A stretch of 64,000 bases of DNA from a virus (Duplodnaviria; Caudoviricetes), in IMG/VR virus record IMGVR_UViG_3300047160_036266, positions 160,001 through 224,000 of that record; one strand, 5' to 3'. The notes beneath the pieces were generated by a model. The model was not told where the DNA came from, did no database searches, and saw only the letters and a list, made by a program, of their open reading frames with translations. The position numbers were made by a program, and so were the translations under genes. This document shows, piece by piece, positions 9,135-18,353 of the stretch. Each line of letters opens with the position of its first letter. Position 1 is the first letter of the stretch.

Positions 9135-9677
9135 ATGTCGAGTGAATACCTCAACAACAAGGTCTTTGAGAATATCATCTCAAGGTTCCAGCAAGCGAAG
9201 CGAGAAAGGGCGAAGTACGAGTTATTGATTGAAGACATGCGTGAATGCGAGCAGCGGGTGAGGAGGAAGATGGATCGGACCTGGGTGCCGCCGACCTGGC
9301 TGGTGCGGCAGGAGGACTTTGAGGGCATCGTGAGTAACTTTCACGAATCCCAGAAGGAGTTGGCCAGTGCCTTTTACACTCTGTCGGAGAACATCGTGCG
9401 CTATGCGAAGTTCAACCTGATAGACGCCGACGACGCCATACAGGAGGGCGTTATGATCTGTTTCGAGAAGATCGACCGCTTTGATCCGGCCAAGGGTAAG
9501 GCTTTCAACTACATGACGACGTGTATCCTGAACCACTTCCGGCAGTTATACCGGACGGCTCGTAATTACAACGAGCTAAAGAAGAAGTACCACGATTTTC
9601 TTCAGCATCAGTTTGAGCAGACTCTCATCAAGAATGGCAAGGAGCGGCCTGCCTACAAAGGCTCACTGAAGGCATGA
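9135..9677 (+). CDS. Phage RNA polymerase sigma factor (gp55-like, region 2 only)
   Basis: DDAIQEGVMICFEKIDRFDPAKGKAFNYMTTCILNHF is a sigma region 2 signature; AAGGAG SD. Confidence 0.85.
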   Translation: MSSEYLNNKVFENIISRFQQAKRERAKYELLIEDMRECEQRVRRKMDRTWVPPTWLVRQEDFEGIVSNFHESQKELASAFYTLSENIVRYAKFNLIDADDAIQEGVMICFEKIDRFDPAKGKAFNYMTTCILNHFRQLYRTARNYNELKKKYHDFLQHQFEQTLIKNGKERPAYKGSLKA

Positions 9678-9701
9678 TGAACTATAATGATATGGGTGAC
9701 T

Positions 9702-9938
9702 ATGAAAGGAAACTTACTTGAAGTCTTGGAAAGGCAGGAGCTTATCCAGAAACTCATTGACCGAGGTTACGGCCCGATGATTGAAGCTTTCCTCATGAAT
9801 GAGGGGAAGGTTTACACCAAGAAGGGTCGGTTGAACAAGAGCGGCGCGTGCCGGGTACTCGGCTGGAAGCCGAAGGAACTGGAGGACGCCCTCAACAAAT
9901 GTCAAGAGATTCTGCGAAGCGACCTGCTCGAAGAGTAA
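9702..9938 (+). CDS. Small HTH-like protein (sigma region 4-like)
   Basis: NKSGACRVLGWKPKELEDALNKCQEILR. Confidence 0.55.
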   Translation: MKGNLLEVLERQELIQKLIDRGYGPMIEAFLMNEGKVYTKKGRLNKSGACRVLGWKPKELEDALNKCQEILRSDLLEE

Positions 9939-9944
9939 TATGAA

Positions 9945-9979
9945 CGGCGCATTCGGCAACGGGTGCGCCGATTTTGTTT
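9945..9979 (+). terminator. Intrinsic terminator
   Basis: CGGCGCATTCG-GCAA-CGGGTGCGCCG then ATTTTGTTT, between convergent genes. Confidence 0.7.
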
Positions 9980-10499
9980 ATATCTGGAAGTACGCCCGGT
10001 CATAGCGAAGGGTCAGTTCACAGACGACCACATCACTGGAACTCATTTCCAAGTCACCGAATTCGGCCACCTGGGGCCAGGCGTTGTCATAAATCCAAGT
10101 TTCGATGGTTTTGCCACAGCCGTCGAACAGCTTGAGGGTGGCCCTGCGCTTAAAGTTGCCGGAACAGGAAGGATTCCAACTGCCCTGCTGAGCATCATAG
10201 GCAATGCGAACCCAGGTCATTACGGGATTCATGCCCGTCGATACATCGTACAGCACCAGGGAGATGGGTTTCCAGTCTGGTTTGCTGGGGAAGTAGATGG
10301 TTTCATTCATGTGTTGGGCTTCTATTTCCTTGAAAGTCAGGCTGGGTCGTGCCGACTTCTGCGGCGGCAGGACGCTAACCTGCGCACCTGGGGTGCCGGA
10401 AACATTATTGATCTCCATTACCCAACGGAATTTGCGCCGCCAGCAAGCCTGGGAATTCCATCCCATGCCCATTTGTTGGCCCTGACACAGATCAGCCAT
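9978..10499 (-). CDS. Tail tube protein (gp19-like), copy 2
   Basis: RKFRW, YFPSKPDWKPISLVLYD, AWPQVAEFGDLEMSSSDVVVCELTLRYD. Confidence 0.85.
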   Translation of the reverse strand: MADLCQGQQMGMGWNSQACWRRKFRWVMEINNVSGTPGAQVSVLPPQKSARPSLTFKEIEAQHMNETIYFPSKPDWKPISLVLYDVSTGMNPVMTWVRIAYDAQQGSWNPSCSGNFKRRATLKLFDGCGKTIETWIYDNAWPQVAEFGDLEMSSSDVVVCELTLRYDRAYFQI

Positions 10500-10511
10500 A
10501 ATACTCCCGTG

Positions 10512-10558
10512 AAAAGGAAAACTCCCGCACCCGCCAGTGCGGACGGATACGGGAGTTT
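10512..10558 (-). terminator. Terminator/attenuator-like hairpin between the tube genes
   Basis: 15-bp stem AAACTCCCGTATCCG/CGGGTGCGGGAGTTT followed by TCCTTTT. Confidence 0.6.
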
Positions 10559-10580
10559 AATTTTGACCAGATGCGGGCAA

Positions 10581-11186
10581 TTAGCAGCCGTCGCAGCAAG
10601 GATTGATGGCTCCGCTGCAACCATTGAGTGGTTCGTACTTAACTTCGCTGAAGCGAAGGGTTAGTTCGACCGTGCATTCTTCGGAGGAGCTATAGTCAAG
10701 CTCGCCAAAGTTAATGGCCTGCGGCCACATATTCTTCATGGTCCACTTTTCCAGGCCCTTACCGCAACCGTCGTACAATATCAGGGTGCCGATGCCGGAA
10801 TAACCCGGTACATTGGGACCGCCAGTTTTGGACGACATGGAGAGGCACACCGGGTCCGTGAAGTTGTAGACCGTTGCCAACCAGGAAAAGAGCTTACCCA
10901 ATGCCTGGGCGGCGTTGCCAAGTCCGGCAATATCATAGTAAGTGACTGTGATAGTTTCCCAGGCCCCCTTGCCGGGTATCCACATTTTCCCGTGGAGGTA
11001 GTTGATTTCCGTTTCCTCAATAGTGAGGTTAGGACGGGCTGCCAGCTTTACGATAGAGGCCGGAACCGTATAATTGTTGCAGGCGGTCTGAATGGAGAAC
11101 GTCCATCTAAATTTCCGCTTGAATATGACATCGGCCAGGCCAAGGTCGCCCATGCCCATGTCTTGTCCTTTACAAAGTCCTGACAT
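10581..11186 (-). CDS. Tail tube protein (gp19-like), copy 1
   Basis: RKFRW, IPGKGAWETITVTYYD, WPQAINFGELDYSSSEECTVELTLRF; follows the sheath gene. Confidence 0.9.
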   Translation of the reverse strand: MSGLCKGQDMGMGDLGLADVIFKRKFRWTFSIQTACNNYTVPASIVKLAARPNLTIEETEINYLHGKMWIPGKGAWETITVTYYDIAGLGNAAQALGKLFSWLATVYNFTDPVCLSMSSKTGGPNVPGYSGIGTLILYDGCGKGLEKWTMKNMWPQAINFGELDYSSSEECTVELTLRFSEVKYEPLNGCSGAINPCCDGC

Positions 11187-11205
11187 ATTTTCTCCTTATA
11201 CGACC

Positions 11206-13641
11206 TTAGTTAAACGTAGGTGCGCCGGCACTGGTCCAGTCTCCGGTCCTGTGGATGGAGAACTCAATAAACATGAATTCTGCCGCTCGTGTGGGCTGAA
11301 TACCGATTCTGGCCCTAAATTCATTGCGGTCGATAACATCGGGTGTGTTGATCGTCGTGTCCGCTAGGATGATGTAGTCGTACAGACCACGGCCAACCTT
11401 TATCTCCTTCAGGATGTTGTCAGCCATCGTGGTGAACGTAGAGCGGAAGATGTCGTCGTTCGGGTCGAAGAGCATGATGCGGGATGCAGCACGAATCTTC
11501 TTCTCGCATACGAACATGCAACGCCGCACATTCACACGGTCCAGGGCGGTTGGCTGACGCTGGAGCGTCTTCTGGCCCCAGATCAGGAAGCCGTCAATAT
11601 CCACGAACTGGATAATCGGGTTGATGGCATTGCGGTTGCCGTACATCAGGTCGCGCTCGGCCAAGGTCGGGCGGTTGAATACGTCCGTGACCCCTGGCAC
11701 CACGCCACGGGTGACACCCGCAGGTGCGAACCACGGTGCGGAAAGGAAGTCCGACCGGGCAATGGCTGCCAAAACACCGCCGGATGGCGGAACCCACACG
11801 TCCACACGGTTATAGCTGTCGTTGATCTTGACCCACGGCCAGTACAAAGCCCCGAAGTCGGAGTCAAAGCGGCTGAGGTTCAAGGGGTGCGTACCGTTCT
11901 GCCAGGCGATGATCTCGTTGACCGTAAGGCCGAACGGAGGATCAATAATGGCCAGGCTGTCCATGCGGTAGTTCTGGCACACGTCCAACAGCGAGGTTAC
12001 TACTGCCGTTGAGGCGTGGCCGGGGCAGGCCAGCAGGTCAATATCCACCTGTTCTGGCTCGCTCAGAGCGTACATGCCGGTGAAGGCATAGGGGCTGCCG
12101 ATTAGCAGGGTGTCCTGAAGATCGGGGTCGGATGGGATGCCATCGCTGCCGCCGGTTAGCTGATAACCGGCCAGGCCACTGTCAGCCGGTGGGGCACCGA
12201 CGCTCACGTTATCCTGTACCCGGATGAAGTCCGACACCAGCGCCAGGAAGGTTTCCACATAGAACGTGCTGGAGGAGTCCTTGGTCAAGTTGCCCCAGGC
12301 TTCCAGTGGCACGCCGTTGTTGTAAACCGACATATTGAAGGTGCCGTCACGGGTGTTGTTCGTCACTACCACGGACGTAAGATTGCCGTCGAGTCCGGGC
12401 GAGTCGGCGGTGATCGTGAAGGAGGCAATGCCAGTTGTATTTGGCGCACCGTCCACGATGCCGGCCTGCTCGATGCCGGTGTCACCCGTCACCATGATTG
12501 GGCTAACGCCCACGGCGGTCAGGTTGTCAAAGCCAAAGATGTCGTTGGCCGTGCTGCTGGATTTGACCAGGAGGCGGGCGTCAACGCCGGTCGATAGCGT
12601 GCTGACGGTTAGCTGATCGCCAGTTGCCGAGAAGACAAAGCCACCCGGCAGATTGTTTGCTACATAGTCATTCAACTGAGTCACGATGGTGCCGATACTC
12701 TGCGGACCACCTTCGAGGCTCGCCATATCTACGGTCTGCATGATTTGGTCGATCAGTACGTTGTCAGTACCGTCAACCACGATCTGAAGGTTCAAACCCG
12801 TTAGACCGCTGAAGTCGAACGTACCAGCGGCCTGGTAGCCGTTGACCGGGAACTTCTGGTTAGCACCCGTGGTGCTGCCGGCGGTCATGCCCACGCCAAG
12901 GCCAGACACGTTGTTGCCTGGCGGGGTTGCCGATGGCGTCGAGCCACCGTACATGGCGTCTTGAACGGCCACCAACTCCAGAGAGGAGGTCGGGCCATAA
13001 GCCCAGGTTGTCTTCACGCCCAAATATTGCTGTGCGCCGTACTGCCGAACGTAGAACATGATGCCGTCGTGAATCAGGTCCAACTGTGAGTTCAGATCGT
13101 TGACCAGATCAGTAACCGACCAGGCTTGGTTCGTGTTTGGGGCAGGGCGGTTGGCGATGTTCAGGACCACGAGGGTCTTGGCGGACAATACGCCATTCAA
13201 ACGCCACCGGAAGAAATAGTCGTGTGGCGTGGTGCCGTGCATACCATCGAAGTAGTATGGGCCGGCGGTAGCCGTGAATATATCAATGGTGTCGCCCGCT
13301 GCCGGTGCCGGGCAGGATGCCGTCGTGGCCTGCTCGTCCGATACGGGGTCCACATCTGCCACTCGGACGACGTAGAGTTCACTTCCCGTCTGAAGATACA
13401 ACAGGCCGGCATAGATCAGGTATGGGTCGCCCACGTCAGGGTGCGGGAACCCGAACACCAAACTTAACTGGCGTGCAGTGTTAATCATGGTCGGTGAGTT
13501 GATCGGACCCTTGCTGGCAAAACCTACCAGGCCAGCACGGTGGAACGACTGCTCAGGAGCTATAAAGCTCAAATCTTTCTCTGCGATACGAACACTCGGA
13601 CTGATCGTGTTCGACGGCGGAAACCCCTGTAATATCGCCAT
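11206..13641 (-). CDS. Contractile tail sheath protein (gp18-like)
   Basis: SPSVRIAEKDLS, GLVGFASKGP, ALYWPWV, PWFAPAGVTRG, GQKTLQ...LDRVNVRR, PTRAAEF. Confidence 0.95.
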   Translation of the reverse strand: MAILQGFPPSNTISPSVRIAEKDLSFIAPEQSFHRAGLVGFASKGPINSPTMINTARQLSLVFGFPHPDVGDPYLIYAGLLYLQTGSELYVVRVADVDPVSDEQATTASCPAPAAGDTIDIFTATAGPYYFDGMHGTTPHDYFFRWRLNGVLSAKTLVVLNIANRPAPNTNQAWSVTDLVNDLNSQLDLIHDGIMFYVRQYGAQQYLGVKTTWAYGPTSSLELVAVQDAMYGGSTPSATPPGNNVSGLGVGMTAGSTTGANQKFPVNGYQAAGTFDFSGLTGLNLQIVVDGTDNVLIDQIMQTVDMASLEGGPQSIGTIVTQLNDYVANNLPGGFVFSATGDQLTVSTLSTGVDARLLVKSSSTANDIFGFDNLTAVGVSPIMVTGDTGIEQAGIVDGAPNTTGIASFTITADSPGLDGNLTSVVVTNNTRDGTFNMSVYNNGVPLEAWGNLTKDSSSTFYVETFLALVSDFIRVQDNVSVGAPPADSGLAGYQLTGGSDGIPSDPDLQDTLLIGSPYAFTGMYALSEPEQVDIDLLACPGHASTAVVTSLLDVCQNYRMDSLAIIDPPFGLTVNEIIAWQNGTHPLNLSRFDSDFGALYWPWVKINDSYNRVDVWVPPSGGVLAAIARSDFLSAPWFAPAGVTRGVVPGVTDVFNRPTLAERDLMYGNRNAINPIIQFVDIDGFLIWGQKTLQRQPTALDRVNVRRCMFVCEKKIRAASRIMLFDPNDDIFRSTFTTMADNILKEIKVGRGLYDYIILADTTINTPDVIDRNEFRARIGIQPTRAAEFMFIEFSIHRTGDWTSAGAPTFN

Positions 13642-13645
13642 AGTC

Positions 13646-13867
13646 TTATTCTCCCTTTCGCAACTTGTTTGGTATGTGCTTTGTGGAAATCAATCCCATT
13701 TCTTCTACACGCTGTATATAGGGCGTATTCCGTTCATCTTCCAAGAGATAAACATTTTTTCCCGAACCAACTCCCGGAATATTAAGCGTGGTAAATGCCC
13801 TTGGAGCCATCCGTGACCGGACGATCAATTGCACAGGAAACTTGTTCTTGTTCCGAATTTCTAGCAT
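13646..13867 (-). CDS. Small hypothetical protein in tail operon
   Basis: 73 aa between the gp15-like and sheath genes. Confidence 0.6.
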   Translation of the reverse strand: MLEIRNKNKFPVQLIVRSRMAPRAFTTLNIPGVGSGKNVYLLEDERNTPYIQRVEEMGLISTKHIPNKLRKGE

Positions 13868-14880
13868 TCAAGCTCCTTAACTGCTACTTCAAGTCTTCCG
13901 ATGACCTGTGTTATATCCTCTTCGGTCAATCCGTCTACGAACTCCGTTCTGACTTTCAAGACGGCTTTCCGTCTCACTATCGGTTGGGGTATATACGTCT
14001 CAGCTTTGATATTAAACTGGAATTTTATCACCCTCAACTGCTTGTCTCCCGGTTCCGTCTCCAAGTTATTAGCAACACTCTCCAGCTTCACGCCGACTTC
14101 CCAGGCGACTCCTCTTATGCGTATGTATGCAATGGGGCTGAATTTTAAGAAGACTTGTTCTAAAATTTGGTTCATGTCTTCGAGGTACAGCGTCCAGGCG
14201 TAGAGGGTGTACGAAATATCCACGGGCAGGCCCCTGGCCACGCCGAACACAGTGTCCCTCTCGTATTTCTCGCTCGCTGTAAAGGTAGGCTTGTCGTCGG
14301 GATTGCCGTCTGCGTCGGGGGCACCACGGAGGTAGTTGATGGCGTTGTGGTAGGTGTAACGATCTTGGTTGAACGCGAACTCGGTCGAAGAGATCGCCAA
14401 CATGGGCAGGCGGATGCGATCCACCACAATCGTCTCATCCTTGCGGATGTTCTCCTGAACCACGGCAAGGACCGCCCGCTCCTGGGTCGCCCAGATGATC
14501 GGTACTGGATGGGCCACACCGTCTTCGTCAATCACGACCACGTTGCGGAACAGGTCCATCACCGCCTCGTCGCAACCCCGGATCGCCTTGGAATAACGGT
14601 AGACCGTATTGCGTTGCGGATTGTCGAGGTCGTTAATAATCTGGCCCGTCTGCATCGGGTCACATAGACCGCTGGTGCCGAGGTCGATGCGTTTGCTCAG
14701 AATGTCTTCGAGCCAACTGTCTTTTTCCGTACCGGGGTCGCGCTGGTTGGGACACGGGGCGTCTGGGTCGGGACAGTATGGTGGCGGTGGGTCGATGTTC
14801 TCGGATTCTGGAAGTCCTGGGGGCTGACATTCCACCAGGCTCTTCTGCGGATCGGTTATATTGGGGCCAACGTCTCTCAT
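13861..14880 (-). CDS. Tail sheath stabilizer/terminator (gp15-like)
   Basis: VPIIWATQE, RLPMLAIS, PVDISYTLYAW, EDMNQILEQVFLKFSP. Confidence 0.8.
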   Translation of the reverse strand: MRDVGPNITDPQKSLVECQPPGLPESENIDPPPPYCPDPDAPCPNQRDPGTEKDSWLEDILSKRIDLGTSGLCDPMQTGQIINDLDNPQRNTVYRYSKAIRGCDEAVMDLFRNVVVIDEDGVAHPVPIIWATQERAVLAVVQENIRKDETIVVDRIRLPMLAISSTEFAFNQDRYTYHNAINYLRGAPDADGNPDDKPTFTASEKYERDTVFGVARGLPVDISYTLYAWTLYLEDMNQILEQVFLKFSPIAYIRIRGVAWEVGVKLESVANNLETEPGDKQLRVIKFQFNIKAETYIPQPIVRRKAVLKVRTEFVDGLTEEDITQVIGRLEVAVKELEC

Positions 14881-14924
14881 GGCAATCTCGCTATAATAGG
14901 GTAGTTAGGGTTAATAAGGCAAAA

Positions 14925-15761
14925 ATGGACAAGATCGAGTTAAAATACCGTAAGTGGTATAAGGGCATTCCTCCTCGACCTATTAAGTTGCAGATACCAG
15001 GCTGGGCCGGTGACTCGCACGGACATGACGATGGCGACAAGCCGCAGCCGTGGCACTGCCCGCCTTTTGTCGATGGCTCGACCTACGGCCTTGAGCTTAT
15101 ATATCCGTTTGAAACCGAATGTCGGGTAAAGAATATAGATGGGAGGGCAATATTCGAGGGGCGGTGGGAGGACGAACCCTCACCGGACGGAACCACATTT
15201 CCCCCGTTCCTTCAGTTCGCTCCTGGCCATTACGGCTTCACGTCGTCACTAGACATCAAGTGCCCGCCCGACTACGTTATCCGCATTGAACCCCACCCTC
15301 GCTTCTACACCGATACCACGGGCACCGTGCCTGTCACCGTTTGTGGACACATTCAAGGCGACTGGTGGCCGAAGGTGTTCTTTGTGGTTTTTCGCTCGCC
15401 CCGACCCGGCGAGACACACATCTTTCGCAAAGGGGAGCCGTATGCCCAAATTCTGGTGGTGCCCAGACGGGTGCTGTATAGCGTGAAGGAGATGGACCAT
15501 GCGGAGATGGCCAAGAGGAATGTCCGTGATGGTAGGATCGCCAAGTACGGCAAGGTGATCGCCAAGAATGCGTGGAGCGACCACAAAAGCCAAGGCTTCG
15601 ATGATAAATATAAGGTACTGAGTTCCATCTATGCCAAGGGTGGAGAAGCCGCCGTGGACCGTTACCTAGAAGAAGTGGAGAAGGAAGAGGAACAACGCCG
15701 GCTCGACCAGAGCGCCCAGGTGCGCCAGAAAATGCCTCGAACCCTCGTCAGGAAAAAATGA
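14925..15761 (+). CDS. Hypothetical protein, DUF6065-like
   Basis: WHCPPFVDGSTYGLELIYPF, EPYAQILVVPR; start moved to 14925 to avoid overlap with the gp15-like gene. Confidence 0.5.
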   Translation: MDKIELKYRKWYKGIPPRPIKLQIPGWAGDSHGHDDGDKPQPWHCPPFVDGSTYGLELIYPFETECRVKNIDGRAIFEGRWEDEPSPDGTTFPPFLQFAPGHYGFTSSLDIKCPPDYVIRIEPHPRFYTDTTGTVPVTVCGHIQGDWWPKVFFVVFRSPRPGETHIFRKGEPYAQILVVPRRVLYSVKEMDHAEMAKRNVRDGRIAKYGKVIAKNAWSDHKSQGFDDKYKVLSSIYAKGGEAAVDRYLEEVEKEEEQRRLDQSAQVRQKMPRTLVRKK

Positions 15762-15878
15762 AAGCCTTTCGTATCAAGAAGCGTGACCAACGCCTTCCGA
15801 TCTTTATTCAGGAGGTTCGCACGCCCCTGTCACGCCCTCACTTCAGTCGGGTGATTTTCTTTCAAGTTCACCCGCCGA

Positions 15879-16358
15879 TTACATTCCCCCAGGTTGCTGC
15901 TGCGCCGGGGACACATTCATCCCCGCTGCCTGCGGAGCGTTGTTAGCACTGGCCTGACCCGGCGGACCCATTGCCGACTTATTCTGTTGAGCCATATTCT
16001 GCATACCCTGCTTGTCCTGGCCCTCTTGGGGTTTCTCTTTCGCCAGGGCATCGGCCATTTGGCCGACCTGCTGCTTCATGAGATTGAGTTGGTCAATGAA
16101 GGGCTTGACCATTTGCTGGTTGGGGTTCCCTTGGAAGTTCTGGATCGCGTTGTCAATCTCCTGCTCCAGATTGTCCACTGGCGATGGTTCGTGTGCCGGT
16201 GGGGCCGGTTGGTTGGGCATGGGTGCTGCGCCTTTACTGGCTCCCGCTGTGGGTAGTTGTGGCGGCGCTCCCGTCCCCTGGTCATTCGTGGTCGTACCCT
16301 GAGAGGGTGCGCCGTTTTCTTCCTTGAGCAACTTGTAAAACTGGTAGAACGACTTCAT
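15879..16358 (-). CDS. Q/P/A-rich hypothetical protein with N-terminal FxxF..E signal
   Basis: MKSFYQFYKLLKEE; starts 8 nt after the gp14-like stop. Confidence 0.7.
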   Translation of the reverse strand: MKSFYQFYKLLKEENGAPSQGTTTNDQGTGAPPQLPTAGASKGAAPMPNQPAPPAHEPSPVDNLEQEIDNAIQNFQGNPNQQMVKPFIDQLNLMKQQVGQMADALAKEKPQEGQDKQGMQNMAQQNKSAMGPPGQASANNAPQAAGMNVSPAQQQPGGM

Positions 16359-16366
16359 CTGGCCCC

Positions 16367-16900
16367 TTATACGATCTTGTAGTCGGTAGTCTTTTGAGGA
16401 ACCTTGCCCTCGCCCGTGGTGGTGGATTCCTGGTAACGCTGACAGAGCAACTGAATGTGGAGAACCGACCACATCTTGAACTCCGCAAGGTTGCGCTGAA
16501 TGATGACCCAATTCTCTTTCAAGAACGGGGTGAACAGACGACTGCCTATCTTCGGCGGGTAGCCAACGGCGTCGAGCGTTGCCTTGTAGTTCAACTCGAA
16601 CATCATCTCATCGGGGGCGTCGATGCCAAACGCCGTCTGGGCGTTCTGGGACGGGATCGGTTCGTAGTAGCACCAAAGCTGAATCGGGTTATTGGAGAAC
16701 AGCTTGCCCCTGGCCTCCAAATACATGGGGTCGATGGTGTTGCTGTCTACAAAGCATTCGTAGTAATAGATGGGGGAGCCACCCATTTGAATGGCCTCTT
16801 GGTCCCACTGGTTGAAGAGGTCATGCTCCGGTGCAGTATCGTCAAACTGCTGCTTACTGCCAAGAGTGCTGTAAGGTGTGCCGTCTGGCTTGAGTATCAT
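16367..16900 (-). CDS. Neck protein (gp14-like)
   Basis: QEAIQMGGSPIYYY, DPMYLEA, FGIDAPDEMMF, PKIGSRLF. Confidence 0.75.
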   Translation of the reverse strand: MILKPDGTPYSTLGSKQQFDDTAPEHDLFNQWDQEAIQMGGSPIYYYECFVDSNTIDPMYLEARGKLFSNNPIQLWCYYEPIPSQNAQTAFGIDAPDEMMFELNYKATLDAVGYPPKIGSRLFTPFLKENWVIIQRNLAEFKMWSVLHIQLLCQRYQESTTTGEGKVPQKTTDYKIV

Positions 16901-17849
16901 GCTCATATATAGAAAGCCATTGGCGGAATTCTTCGAGGGCCAGCCGTACCGATTCCTGCTGTTCCTCGCCTAACGCTTTCCGCTTGGCCCTCTCTATAAT
17001 TTTGATGAATTGCCGCCTTCCTTCTCCTGTGGGGATGTCCGCCAGTTCGGGGATTTGGGCCAGGATTTCGGCGGTGGGTATCCAGGTCATCGGAATGGCC
17101 ATCTGCCGCCGCACAATTTCCAACGCCCATTGATACCTGGCAACTTCTTTCTGATAATTGGTGCCGCTACCGCCCCGCATTCTCAATTCGTCCAATTCGT
17201 CTTGAATGTTGGCAAGAACGGCTCGTCTCAGGTCATCCCACTCCATATTCTCCCAGGACTCGTCGCCACTGGCTGCTGGGTCCAGGCCCTTCTTTTCAGG
17301 CTTTTCCAACTGGCTCATTTGTACCGTCCGCCTGCCCGCCCGGCGCTTCTGCATGGCGCGTGCGTAGTTGGCCGTGGCATTATAAGCTCGCTTGCGAAGG
17401 GTGCCTCGAATGCCCTTCTGCTCTGCCGATCCGGGATTCAAGGTTTCCCAGGTCACATCCGGTTGCTCGAACAGTTTGGGGTTGAGGGTATCCATCCAGA
17501 TTTGTCCGTTGGCTTCCTCAGCCGCTTGCAAAATGTCAGCGCCGGTCATTTCGGCGGCACCGCCCCTGGCCGCTTTCATCAAAGCCTGGGCATAGGGGAA
17601 ATAAGTCCCCGTGTGATCGTCAACTATGGCCTTAGCTTCCGCTGCGTTGCGTGGGTCGGCAAACTTATTCATTTTGAGAAGTTGGCCAATCATGGAGCGC
17701 ATCATTTGATTGGTAGAATCAATGAACTCCTGCTCGCCTTCGTCGTACCCTGCTCGTCCGCCGCCACGACGAAGTGCCTCCATTAACGGGATGGACGGCA
17801 AGTGCAGTCTGACCTCTACCACAAATGCCCATTCAACAAAACTTAGCAT
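16854..17849 (-). CDS. Hypothetical protein, possibly a degenerate sigma-like factor, with N-terminal FxEW signal
   Basis: MLSFVEW...; TATATA 8 nt upstream; sigma2- and sigma4-like helical pattern seen by eye. Confidence 0.65.
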   Translation of the reverse strand: MLSFVEWAFVVEVRLHLPSIPLMEALRRGGGRAGYDEGEQEFIDSTNQMMRSMIGQLLKMNKFADPRNAAEAKAIVDDHTGTYFPYAQALMKAARGGAAEMTGADILQAAEEANGQIWMDTLNPKLFEQPDVTWETLNPGSAEQKGIRGTLRKRAYNATANYARAMQKRRAGRRTVQMSQLEKPEKKGLDPAASGDESWENMEWDDLRRAVLANIQDELDELRMRGGSGTNYQKEVARYQWALEIVRRQMAIPMTWIPTAEILAQIPELADIPTGEGRRQFIKIIERAKRKALGEEQQESVRLALEEFRQWLSIYEHDTQARRHTLQHSWQ

Positions 17850-17873
17850 AGTGAAGGTATATAAGCCCCAAAT

Positions 17874-17909
17874 GCAAAAAACCCAGGCGTTCATTCCTGG
17901 GTTTTTTGC
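17874..17909. terminator. Intrinsic terminator (bidirectional shape)
   Basis: GCAAAAAACCCAGG-N8-CCTGGGTTTTTTGC. Confidence 0.85.
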
Positions 17910-17921
17910 GATATGGTAAAT

Positions 17922-18311
17922 TTAGTCTAAGGTAATAGTTGGGGTTACTGCGACCTGCCCGCCGCCATTTGGCAACGCGAAGGGGCCGTTGGAAAATATT
18001 TCCACCCACAATAAAGAGCCGCTTAATGTAGTAATGTAGTAACCAACAAGGGTAATTGCAGTGCTAAAGGTGAAAGTCACTTCGGGGTAGGATGCGGTTG
18101 TGACTCCGGCCACCTGAGTGATCGTCCAGTTTGGTCCGTGAAGAGTTGCCGGGGTGTAGCCGGTCGCTTCGGTCAGGTTTTGAAGGGTGGTGGACTCGCT
18201 GGGAACGTAGTTGTTGGTGTACAGGTGAAGTATGCGGTCGTCCGGCACTTGCTGGTTGACAATATACTTCAGCAAAATAATCTCAGCTACGTCAGGCACA
18301 ACTAGGGACAT
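17922..18311 (-). CDS. Putative virion structural protein
   Basis: LHLYTNNYVP...LTEATGY...YPEVTFTF, a Thr-rich beta pattern common in phage tail proteins; GGAGG SD. Confidence 0.65.
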   Translation of the reverse strand: MSLVVPDVAEIILLKYIVNQQVPDDRILHLYTNNYVPSESTTLQNLTEATGYTPATLHGPNWTITQVAGVTTASYPEVTFTFSTAITLVGYYITTLSGSLLWVEIFSNGPFALPNGGGQVAVTPTITLD

Positions 18312-18353
18312 CAAACCTCCGACTGTATTTTAGCTGCTAACGGTATATACTGC

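Noticed and set aside
15758-15946. 62-aa ORF after the DUF6065-like gene
   Set aside because: It has an ATGA overlap but runs into the convergent gene and has no recognisable features; left uncalled
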